Shown in pieces: positions 50,958 through 61,859 of a stretch of DNA of 64,000 nt. Where the stretch lies: NCBI GenBank assembly GCA_035084275.1, contig CM068748.1, positions 8,618,001 through 8,682,000 of the forward strand, read 5' to 3'. A program made the translations under genes and the position numbers. Position 1 is the first letter of the stretch. Each line of letters opens with the position of its first letter. The notes beneath the pieces were generated by a model. It saw nothing but the letters and a program-made list of their open reading frames with translations, was not told the DNA's origin and made no database searches. The stretch is from Hydrolagus colliei. Its lineage: Eukaryota.

Positions 50958-52644
50958 CTATTATCGCCTACAAGACTTTGCACGTCTTCACTAAACTCCA
51001 TGGGAACCAAGTACTTTACATAGTTCAAAGAACAAAGTTCAAATCCTTCCATAGGGGATCACCACCTATGTCATCTTCACCAGTCTACATTTTAGTCCAT
51101 GTCCTCCATTGCTCTCTGCTCTTTCTCTTTCCTCCACCACCACCATCTGTGGGACAAGACTTTAGCCTTCATACCCTGTCCTGTAGAAGTTTCATCCAAA
51201 ATCACTTTGCTTTCCTACCTGCATTCTCTCCCTGCAAAACCGTTCTATAAACAAACCTACTACAGTACTTTGATTGTGTCTTTTGTCAACTCCTTGAAAT
51301 TTCTTGTTTCCTTGCTTCGTATCTACCACTATATTTTGAGTACTTAAGGCATACTGTAAAATTAAAGGCATTTTGTAAATGCAACCTCTAGCAGTAAAGT
51401 CTAAACTGCCTAAAATATTTCTGATGGCTTTTTTACAATGTTACTACAGGTACTAAGAATAGTGATACTATTTTTGATACTTCTATTGAAATAGGTAATG
51501 AATACTAAGTAATGAGAATGAATTACCTAGGGAAGAGAAAGGGTAACCAGACACAGTTAGCTACAGTCACAGAAGACTGACTTGTCAGCAATTTCAATTG
51601 GACAACACTGCCCTACAACATCCTGTTCCCAGACAGGATAAACTGATTAGCAGAAAGTGAGTCAATTGCTGTCTCATACTGCCCAGGAAAGAATTAGCAA
51701 AAGTATTTATGGTAACAAAAAACAGTTGGCTTATCTCATTCATGACTGGGTCCTGACAAAATAGTGACAATGTTTCTCCACTTATAGTTTTTGAAAAATT
51801 ATGTTTTTTTTCATTCACAGAATCGTTTAAGTCCGTAAACCCGTAAACAGGCGCCAATCCAAAAAAAAACAATTACAGTATTTCCAAAAATGTTATTCAT
51901 AAAGGCTTTCAGATGAGTTTGGCATCCACCCAAAATGAGGGTATTGTGTTTTGAGGGTTGCTTCTCTCAATTAAAAAAATGAAACAAATTCATGAAAAAA
52001 ATATGGCAGTTGTGAATCAATTAAAAATCCCCTTTGTGTCTGTATAAATAAGCAAAACAGGTTCAAGCTAGAAGTATTAATCTTTTGTTGAAAACATTTG
52101 AACATATATAAAAGTGGCCATGAGTAACATGTAAATCCTTAATTGTTAAGCCAACATACAACATCCAAAAGCATGCTGAGTTATACTTGCCAAACTGTTC
52201 GAAGATGTTATCACAATACACTATAAAGTGAGCTACTGCAGATCCCATGTTCCTCCAAACACACCATGGAAAAGAGGGGATCTGACATAATACTGGAGTT
52301 CTGGTTTACAAAGTCTGTTCCCTTGAGCATCTGCTTACCAGGAAATTAGATCTATGTGTCAAGGAACTGAGGTTCATCTCCTCCCCAGAGATATGTACAT
52401 GCTTAACTGAGCATCCATTACCTAGCAAAGAGAAGGGGAATCTGCCTCGAGCTTCTTTCAGCTGAACAAAATTGCTCTGAGCCACTTGAATACAATATTT
52501 CGGGATAGCTTAAACCTTCCGCCAATGACAAGGTGGCGGAGGGAATGAATCCCATTATTCAATAGCTGCCCAAGCATAATACACTTGTGTTTCATCAGCA
52601 TTGTGTGACTCTCCCCCCACCCAAACAATCCCGAGGGTCAGTAA

Positions 52645-52845
52645 CACTGCTGAGTATAGCTGAGCCAGCCAAACCAGGAAGGTTCCATTTATTGTTCTCA
52701 GTAAGCTAATCTCTCCTAAATCAGTAGGAGAGAGCCTATGATTGACTTATGTAGCCTGGGTTTGGTAGAAGGAATTGAGTGAGCTCTGGATCATTGGATA
52801 GTCAATGACTATCCAGTGACCCCTGCTGGATGTACCTGTGGTGAT
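52645..52845 (+). mobile_element. Ancient AmnSINE2-like SINE remnant
   Basis: CTGAGCC..ACCAGGAAGGTTCC..GCTAATCTC..CAGTAGG..CTGGG..CTATCCAGTGACCCCTGCTGGA, collinear with the AmnSINE2 consensus as I recall it. Confidence 0.55.
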
Positions 52846-52985
52846 ACATGTTATCTAAATACCACATAAAGGTTTCCTTCTTCAGAGTACCTGAAAGAAA
52901 TAACTGGCGATAGAAACATTGAAAACAAAGAGGTGATGTATTTAGCACTGCTAAACCAAGTGGACCACATAATTGCACAAGTATT

Positions 52986-53297
52986 CTGTAGCTCAGTGGT
53001 TAGAGCAATCTCCCTGCAAGCAAGAGACTTGGGTTTGATTCCCGGCAGAGTGAAACCTTGAGTTTCTGTACGCCGCACTGCCTGACAATAATCCCTCCAG
53101 AAAAAAAGATAATAGATTGATCACTTCAATCCATGACTGTTTGTGGGACACTGCTGTGCGCAATTGGCTGCCGCGTTTCGCCCACAAGTGTACTGTCAAG
53201 TCACTTTATAGTATATTTTGCGAAGCACTTTTGAGACGTCTAGAACATGTGAAAAGAGCTACATCAAATGCAAGCATGATTATTATTATTACTATTA
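52986..53297 (+). mobile_element. Deu-domain SINE, short form, full length
   Basis: TGTAGCTCAGTGGTTAGAGC head, Deu core GCTGTGCGCAATTGGCTGCCGCGTTTCGCCCAC, tail. Confidence 0.92.
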
Positions 53298-53667
53298 AGT
53301 GTGACAAGGTTCCCCCTTAAAAGGCACCAACGGCAGCCTTTGGCTTAAACAAATGTACAGGGACTCACAAAACTGCAAAATCTGTAGCACAGCAGAAGCG
53401 AATGAGTAAATGAAAATCAAAACCCACGCTTAAATGTTGCTGTGTGTGTATTATGGAATTTTTTTAAAATCGTTAACATATTTGATTAACATGTCTTAAC
53501 TGCCAAACGAGTGGGGGGGGGGGGGGGGGGTTCTGTACTCATATTGAATAAAGTGTGTTTGGGTACAACCTGCTAGATGAAGCTGAGGTTGTTTTTAAAA
53601 AGGCTTTTAAGTGAGGACCACAATTCCCAGACTGGGAGATCTCAACACACACATCCCTCCCTGCCTA

Positions 53668-53699
<32 letters not shown>
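53668..53699. repeat. (CT)n(CA)n compound microsatellite
   Basis: Direct reading. Confidence 0.9.
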
Positions 53700-53915
53700 T
53701 ACAATCTACAACATCTACGAATTTCCCGAAGAAATGGTGTGTGGGGGGGGAAAAAAAGTTTAGGAGTCTCCATTGGCACAGCCGCTCAAAAGCAACTCGT
53801 AGCTAGGTTGGTTTCATTTATCTCAACGTCGAAGTAAACTCCAGATTAGGACAGATGAGGAAACACACGGCAATGAACCAACGCGTTTTTATTTCGTTGC
53901 TGAAACCGACAAGCT

Positions 53916-53959
53916 AATTCATTCATTCATTCATTTCATTTCATTCATTTATTCATTCA
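53916..53959. repeat. (ATTC)n microsatellite
   Basis: Direct reading. Confidence 0.9.
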
Positions 53960-54307
53960 GTATTTCAACGCGACGCTTGTCATGTACAAGCAAATCCAAT
54001 GATTAACAAACACCAGCTGGAGCTTCTCTGGGATAATAAAGTCACTTCAAAGGCAGAGACGCCTTCACGTTTTGTTTTCCTCCTCGTAACTTCAAGCATT
54101 GCAAAAGAACACAGTCTGGGGGGGGGGGGGGGGGGGCACACACACACACACACGTTGATACAATACAACCAGGCTTTTTAATATATATATAAATTTACTG
54201 TGACAAACGCTGCTTGTTTACTACATACAGTACTGTACTTGGAAACCATCCGACACATCACTAGACACGGACACAGACACTAAACTAGACACAGTTTTCC
54301 TTCCTAC

Positions 54308-54500
54308 CTGAAAGTAACGTCGGGTTTCTGGATCCGTGCCTTGATCTTCGCTAACATTTAACGTGGAGTGAGCGGAAATCTCAGTACGTGCGAGTAACAA
54401 GAATCTTCTTGCGGTGTCTGTCTTGTGTGTCTTGTCTGTGTGTCTGTCCTTCAACGTGTCGTGTCTTGTGTGTCCAGCGATCTTCAGCAGAGATCGTAGG
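54308..54500 (-). other. Candidate 5' exon (UTR, or first coding segment MLAKIKARIQKPDVTF from ATG at 54357)
   Basis: Strong donor CAG|GTAGGA at 54308/54307, acceptor TCCTTTTTAG| at 54501/54500, inside the CpG island; weak Kozak context. Confidence 0.5.
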
Positions 54501-54841
54501 CTAAAAAGGACATGTTCAAACTATCACCCTGAACTCGGCTCGGCTGACACCAGTGTGCACTCAAATGCATTGCCTGGTATTTTCTCATCCCCACCTCCTC
54601 GTTCAAATGAATGGATCATTTTTAAAGGCAAACAAAAAACATCTGTTTTTTTGGGTGGGGGGGGGGGGGGAGGGAAAAAAGTTTGCGTTTGCGAGAGGAG
54701 GGGGAAGGGGCGGTGTGTGTGTGGGGGTGGGGGGGGGGGGGGAAGAAAAAAAAATACGTTTGGCGAAATCCAAACGCAAAGCTGTTCTCTGCCTGGTTCT
54801 GTGGCTGTGGGATTGCTTCAGTTCTTAGCTCTGGTTAACAG

Positions 54842-54930
54842 AGAGACACACACACACAGACACACAGACACGCACACAGACAGACAGACAGACAGACACA
54901 GACACACAGACAGACAGACAGACAGACAGA
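54842..54930. repeat. (CA)n/(ACAG)n compound microsatellite
   Basis: Direct reading. Confidence 0.9.
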
Positions 54931-55244
54931 GAAATATGGCTTTGGCGACTGAAGCATTTGCAGGATGTGTTAGCAGAGGTAGTTTCGCATTCCTGGACAG
55001 ATGACCAGCAACCAATACGCCTTGACGTGTACACACAGCCACCTATATAATATATGTTATACACATCTAAAAGAAAGAAAGCTTTCTTTCTTTGCTCCCC
55101 ACCCCCCCCCCCCCCCCCCAAAAAAAAAATACTTTGCAGATAAAACATCGCTCGGTTCGCCCCCACCCCCCACCACCGGCACCCCCCAAACCGTGCAATC
55201 TCTGTCATTGCTCATGCTTCATCGCTAACGCTGTTACCACCTAC

Positions 55245-55470
55245 CTACCGTATGTGTGTGTGTGTGTGTATGTGTGTGTATGTTTGCATCGATGCGGATC
55301 TGTGTGTCCAAAGCCAACCTGCCGCAGCCCGACCGTCAAATCTGGTGGAATTGCGCCCCGCACCGATCAGCGCTCACTGTTGGCTTTTTCCTATGAAACG
55401 GCTTCTCTTTCCTATCCCGGTTTCTCCCAATCCTCCCGGGTTTTTTGTTCTCTGCTCAGCTAAACGTGAC
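55245..55470 (-). other. Candidate upstream non-coding first exon
   Basis: CpG-dense block ending in tandem minus-strand donors CG|GTAG|GTAGGT (55249 or 55245); 5' boundary guessed. Confidence 0.35.
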
Positions 55471-55656
55471 CCCAAAACTGAAACACACAGACACATACAC
55501 ACATACGCACACGCCACGGTAACGGCAATTAATAGCTTCCCCCCCCCCCTTTCTTTTTAATATTAATAATGATAATAATGTGAAATAAATCACGCCGGCA
55601 GCCCCCGGGATTTTTCGAGCATTTAACAGCCTCACATGATTATTTGCAGGGAGCTG

Positions 55657-55700
55657 GTGTGTGTGTGTGTGTGTTTACACACACATACACACACACACAC
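55657..55700. repeat. Head-to-head (TG)n and (CA)n tracts
   Basis: GTGTGTGTGTGTGTGTG-TTTA-CACACACATACACACACACACAC. Confidence 0.9.
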
Positions 55701-56282
55701 GTGTGTCTGTCTTCCTTCAATAGGGTCCTGGTAACAGGATCAGTTTTCAGGAGGTTTGGAGTGAATGATATAATTGATATGGATTCACTTTTGTTGAATT
55801 TACACACTTTTAATGCTGCCTATTTTCATCAAACGCCACGAACTGTATTTCGAGCCACATATTATACTGTATATATAGATATTATAATGTGTATATATAT
55901 ATATTAAAAAACACACTCATTATGGGAATGCGAGCAAGGTAATTAGAAGTAGCAAAAATGATACAAATTCCTTGTTCGTTTGCTTAACGGAGGTGTTGAC
56001 AACACATTTCATTCTTGGTTTAGAGATGAAATCTGGACTGCACGTTGGCTGTGTTTTTTACACACACACACACACACACAACTTCCACTCATTCTAACCT
56101 GCGGGAGACATTGCTTTGCAGGTAGAGGAAACCTACAGGTTTGGAAACAGTTAGCTTCTCTACTCCCTTCAGCTACGTGTTGCTTTGTGTTGAATGAATT
56201 CAACCTGTTATCAACGGATCATTCTTCTCAGACATCACATTTAATTCCTGTACTGTATCTGTCAGAGAAATGTGATTATTCC

Positions 56283-56317
56283 GGGGTGGGGGGGGGGGGG
56301 GGGGGGGGTGAGGGGGG
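56283..56317 (+). repeat. Poly-G tract (others near 53512, 54117, 54652-54742; poly-C near 55097-55118)
   Basis: Direct reading. Confidence 0.9.
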
Positions 56318-56890
56318 CGAGATAAAAACACCCACATAAGACCCATTGCCTTGAGTACTGATTAGAGGCACAGAAATTGCAACCCAATACTCTGGCTATC
56401 GTAGGAACCGGCTTCATCCAATAGTCCCTCACTCAATGTTCGCCAAGACGCCGAGTCTCTCTCTGGCAGGGACAACACAACGTTCTGGACTTCTAACAAA
56501 CAGCTCCCTGCTCATTCACCTCCTCAAAGGGAACACAGAGTGGAGATGGCCGTCTTTGTTAAGAGTAAAAGTGCACATGGATTTAAATAGTCACTTCAGT
56601 GCCTCGGGGACGTCCCCCCCCCACCACCTGTAAGGCGCTTCACAAGCTGAAATGGTACACCCCCACCCCTCCCCAATAGTACCCTTCCCTCCACCTTTGC
56701 TGTTGGTGTCTGTGACTCGACCCCGACCACCCCCCCCACTGTCTGGATCCAATCCCTCGTTTTGGTCGGAATGATTTGGACGGAGAGAATGTGGTTCTGT
56801 TGACATACTAGAAGAGACAAGGCTCCCAAATGCACACACAAAAAAATGAAGTCTGTGTGTGTGTGTTTGTGTGTGGATGCAGAGTTCATT

Positions 56891-56950
56891 ACAACAACAT
56901 CAAAAAAAATTACATTCATAGAGCGCCTTTCACGTCGGGAGGACTTCCCA
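56891..56950 (-). mobile_element. Very short L2 3'-tail insertion
   Basis: GAGCGCCTTTCACGTCGGGAGGACTTCCCA. Confidence 0.8.
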
Positions 56951-57259
56951 TCAGAGCTAGGCTTTGGAAAAAGAGTATTTCAGAGAGTAAATTGTGGATT
57001 CTTTACAGTAACACAGAAAGGTATGGAGGGAATTGAATAGGGGGGACCACAAACTATGCACGATGCAGGCCACATCATTGTTGAAAATAAAAATGATAGG
57101 GCAATCTTTCAGAGATGGTTTCATATCATTATTTCCAATTATCCTTCATTATATGGACCTGTCATTGAAATGAAAAGGGAGCACCTCTTAACTCTCTTAT
57201 CCGAATGAAAGACCCAATACTTTTAACATTCCAGATACTGTACTTAGGATAGTGGTTAG

Positions 57260-57600
57260 AAGCTCAGTGGTTAGAATACTCTTCTCCCAAGGGAGAAACC
57301 TGGGTTCTATTCCAGGCAGAGTGAAATGTTCCCTTAGTCCACTTCTGTTCACCTAGTACATAGTAAGTAGGAACCCGGTTGTTAGTCATTGCAGGATTCA
57401 TTTCTGAGGATAATAATCTTTTTTTTTAAAAAACGATAATACTTTGGTCACTCAATCCAGGACTGGTTCTGGGACAATTAGCTGCCATATTATAATATTG
57501 TCAATTCACTTTACACTACAGTATATTCTGTGAAGCGCTTTGAGATGTCTAGAAGATTTGAAAAGCGTTATATCAAATGCAAGGATTATTATTATTATTA
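57260..57600 (+). mobile_element. Deu-domain SINE, long form
   Basis: GCTCAGTGGTTAGAA head, CTGTTCACC..GTAAGTAGGAACCCGGTTGTTAGTC, tail with (ATT)n. Confidence 0.9.
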
Positions 57601-57981
57601 CAAATGTGATTTGGTTGTTGCTGTTACTTATTTTGAAATCTAAGTTACCAAGCATGAATAAAAATTTATGGAACTGTTCTGCTTATAGGGAATTAGGTTG
57701 TCCGAATATCTTGATATTGTCTCACAAGTAATAACTGACTATTTGAGGGATTATTATTCGGTGAGTGGAGTCAGGAAACTTGCCCAAGGTAATAATGTCT
57801 GCATCTTGGCAAACCTTTGTGTAAACAAGATCCCACAAACAGCCACTGATCATTTTCATCTGCAGCATTGTTGGGCAGGTGCTCTGGCCATACATTATGT
57901 CGGGTGTGAAATAAAATAATAGTTTCCAATTGTAAATTTTTTGTCATGTCTAAGAAAAAGAATCTTAGAACTTTATTTAGG

Positions 57982-58213
57982 ATAATAATAATCCTTTCAT
58001 TTGATATAACACATTTTCACGTTTTCAAGACATCTCAAAGCACTTAACAAAATATACTGGAAAGTGAATTGACTATATATTTTGTGGGCGAAACGTGGCT
58101 GCCATTTGCACACAGCACTGTTCCACAAACAGCCATGGATTGAAGTAATCCATTTTGGGGGGGAGGAAGTATTACCCCAGAAAAGCAAGTTTTCTATCCA
58201 CTGAGCAACAGGA
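57982..58213 (-). mobile_element. Deu-domain SINE, internally deleted
   Basis: Reverse-complement tail and Deu core joined to CCACTGAGCAACAGG head remnant. Confidence 0.85.
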
Positions 58214-59832
58214 CGCCACAGGTCCACGTGGATTTTGTTGATAGTATTTGTTAGGGCACTGAAAAACAGAATACCTAAAGCATGAAAACCCATTCTCTCC
58301 AAGAAACCTATTCCAATTTGTCCTGTAATGGAGTTCCCCCTAACTCACTCAATTTTTTGCAGGAGGCAAATCAACCATGAATGAGACCCAAAGAAATCTG
58401 TAAAATCTATCCCTCACCCTTCGATGTTCTGAAGCCAAACTTTAGGATATCAATCAATCCATTCAATTGCAGTTCCACAAATGACTCATCTATGGTTCCT
58501 GCAGGATACAACAATGAATCCTGTAAGAGAGTTTATCATGTGTTTGTGCTCTACGTTCAGCTTCCAATCTCATGTTTTATTAGATGTTCTACACAGCGGT
58601 GAATCAATCCAACATTAATTACTTTGCAAGAAGTATATTCCACACATTTAGTGCTCTTAAGGCAAATATATAAATTTTATCTCTAATCTTACATGAGGCT
58701 TGTTAATTTTATACTTATGTCCTCAAGGTCTATTAGTACAAACATATCAATAAATTTTGTATATCTATATCTATAACCACCCATTATAATCTTAGATACC
58801 TTTCAGCACAACTCGCATTGTTTTCCTGTCAGTTTTGCACTAAAGGTGTCATATGAAAGTGGTTTCCAACACTTGATCTTATTAATAATGAGAGAAACGG
58901 ATGAAATCAAAACAAGAAGTTTATTCATCTTACACCATGAGGGACAGACTCCCAACAAAATTATTTGATGCTTTAATGATTAACTTCTTGATGAAGTTGT
59001 ATTGATCTCAGAGGGATGGTTCTTTGTACACAAGAGGATCCTTTGTGATTTCACAGTTCATGTTTTTAGTGTTGTTTATTGTTGCTGTTGAAATTAGGTT
59101 ACTTCAGGACGTTGGAACTGTATTAAGTACAGCACAATTCAAAATGATAGGTTGGAGATTTATCCTCATAATCAATTGTAAATATATATTGCAAAATATA
59201 TCGATGCAGATGTCATTCACTTAATCATTGTGATTAAGTGAATATTTAAATTATTGTGATTTGCCTTGAAAGTTCTGGTTTTGAATTGTATGTGGTTTTG
59301 CTGTTTCTTGTTCGGTATTTTTGCCAGTGAGGCATATGTTTATGATTTGCAAATAAAAGTAGTACAGTATATTAATAGAAATGATAATCAAATCACAGAT
59401 GCTATTTTTATATTGCATTTGGTCACCTATGACAATCCCTCCATTGCACTAGCCACCCTGTTTTGCTGGCTGCAGGTAGTCTGAACTGTCACAGCACTTC
59501 TACAAGCTACACGTGCAAAAATGACAATGCTTCTGAAGCATGGGCAAGAAAATAAAGCCGCAGCAGGGACTGCGCATGTATAACAGACAAAACAGAAAGG
59601 GCCTCACACTTGCCAATAAATGGCAGATTAACAATTTCCTGCTCTCACAGACAAAGTACTCCTTCCTACCTGACTAGCAATTTTAGTTTTAAATATACAC
59701 CAACATTTTTCTTCTGGGAAAATAGCTACTGTGTAGTCACAGAAATGGACAATGCAATCAAAAAATGTTTTCTTTCCCAAAGCTTACATTTTTTAAAATC
59801 ATATTATTGTGAATGAAGGAGAAGAAGAAGAT

Positions 59833-59890
59833 CAACAAATTACACTTGTATAGTATCATTCAGGTCAGGAGGACATCCCAAGATCCAAGG
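59833..59890 (-). mobile_element. Short L2 3'-tail
   Basis: CAACAAATTACACTTGTATAG..GTCAGGAGGACATCCCAAG. Confidence 0.7.
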
Positions 59891-60377
59891 CAGCAGATCA
59901 AAATATTTAGCATGTGCCGTGATATTTGGGAAGGGAATATGTGGGCAATAATTGATATGTGGTAACAAATCACTGCTTCACCCTTTTACTGCAGAAATAC
60001 ATAATACTGATTTGAATGTATCAAATGATTTATTCATTCGTATAGGAATGGATAAATAAGGAATGATTTCAGAAAAAGATATCGGAGGAGAGCTGCTAAG
60101 AGAGGCAGAGAAAAGAAACCTTGACAAGACAAGTTTAGCCTTCAGGAACAGAGATGGTCTAGAAAAAGAACAATATGGAATTCAATCTATGTTGATCTGT
60201 TGCAGAACATTCATAAGCTTTTCTGGTAGTAAATATTCAACAGAACTTGAATCCACAAAGCTGTGTTTGATTAGTAGTCCTCAATTTATTTCTCCTAATG
60301 CTAATATAGCAACAAGCAGCAAACAGCAGTTCATTTTTAAGTGATAAGTTAGTCCTTTTGCTGCTCAAGCAGGATAT

Positions 60378-60441
60378 GTGCCATGGGATGACCTCCCAAT
60401 GTGAAAGGTGCTCTATTAATGTAATTTTGTTGTTGTTGTTG
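60378..60441 (+). mobile_element. Short L2 3'-tail
   Basis: GTGCCATGGGATGACCTCCCAATGTGAAAGGTGCTCTAT..(TTG)n. Confidence 0.75.
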
Positions 60442-61629
60442 ATATCCAGAGGTAGGTATAAGAGGTAGAAAACCACATTAAGCTTAATGGGAATTTCTGT
60501 ATCTGCTATGTAATCATGCTGAAGAACTGTTATTCAGCTACGATAGGCGTTACTAAAAGATATATAAGACAAAGAGACCACATCTCTACAACTCTGTTTA
60601 CCCACAAAAAAAACATTCACTACAGTTACAGGATATTCTATGAAGCACTTCTTATTATAATTATTAACAATGATTTTGGTGACAATCTGCGGTAAAAGTA
60701 ATTTCTGGTGTTGCTTTTAGTCTCCAGCAGATTGGTAATCATGCCCGCACACTTTTTGCAAGGTAACCAAATTTGCTAGTTTACAAAAGGACTACTCAGG
60801 GAAATAACACAAGAAAATCATTTTGTTGGCATTACATCAGAAACCATAGGGTCATTGTATTTTAATGCCATAACACATCAAGGCTGAAGAATACAGTACA
60901 TCCGCTTTGAAATGCTTTCACATCAAATATTTTCTAATACCAAGCACGAGATTGCAATCTACAACTCATCAACTGCTGAAGAAAACAATTGAAAAATGTC
61001 AACCAAATAAATTGTGGACATTTCAGGCAAGGGCAATTAAGTAGACTCATTTTAAATCATAACAGTGTGGATTTTGTTTTAGCCCCTGAGGTAACATGGT
61101 TAACCAACCCTGAAAAATTGTGAAGAATTAACCTGGAACCTTAACATCATGCAAAATAAAAGCCACGTGCTCTACTTTGTTCAGCATAGTCTTAAACACT
61201 ACAAATTGACCATTCTAAAACACTGAAGTCAGTACATTAAATTACAGAATAACTACTCACAAATATCATGGAAATGCAGTTTCCATATGTAAAAAATGGA
61301 CCATATATCTTTATATATTATATGAAAAAACACAGAGAAAATAGGTTGAGCAAATTATGATTCCAAGAATCCAGTTCACTTGTCAACAGGTTATAATCTG
61401 CATTTTCTAACATCATTGCACTCATTATCAATCACTGGCTATCAGAAATGAAAACAAATAACCTGCAGCACTGTGTTATTTGGACAAGGAAATTAATTTG
61501 AACTATAGTTATGGACAATAAGGGAGTGGGAGGGGGAAGAGTCATCCATCCAAGACCAATTAATCACAACTATAAATCATAGTAGTTTCCTTTAACAAGA
61601 GTGTGAAAATGCAGGGAACAATTCTCAAA

Positions 61630-61859
61630 TTCACAGAATATCCTGTAAAGTGAATTGACTGTATATTTATGGTGAAACATAGCAGCCAATTGTGCACAGC
61701 AGTATCCCACAAACAGTCATGGATTGAAATGACCAATTTATTATTGTTGAGGGATCAGGTGTGTGGAGTAAGGAAACTTGCCCAAGGTTTCGCCCTGCCT
61801 GGAACTGAACCCAGGTCTCTCGCTTGCAAGTCGAGTGCTGCAACCACTGAGCAACAGGA
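61630..61859 (-). mobile_element. Deu-domain SINE, short form, tail end missing
   Basis: Reverse complement of head (CCAGGTCTCTCGCTTGCAAG..ACCACTGAGC), AACTTGCCCAAGG, Deu core. Confidence 0.9.

Larger units (their letters stand above)
53330..56780. promoter_or_regulatory. CpG-island-like promoter region
   Basis: Visible rise in CpG, no recognisable SINE/LINE inside, GC box GGGGCGG near 54706, CCAAT near 55012 with adjacent TGACGT, poly-G/C and CA/GT tracts. Confidence 0.7.

Noticed and set aside
54226-54240. TACAGTACTGT resembling the miR-101 5' end
   Set aside because: Match ends after 11 nt and no precursor hairpin; better explained as a double TA-CWG-TA footprint
54414-55560. Overlapping ORFs with poly-Gly, poly-Pro, CV and HT repeats
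   Set aside because: Translations of microsatellites and G/C homopolymers
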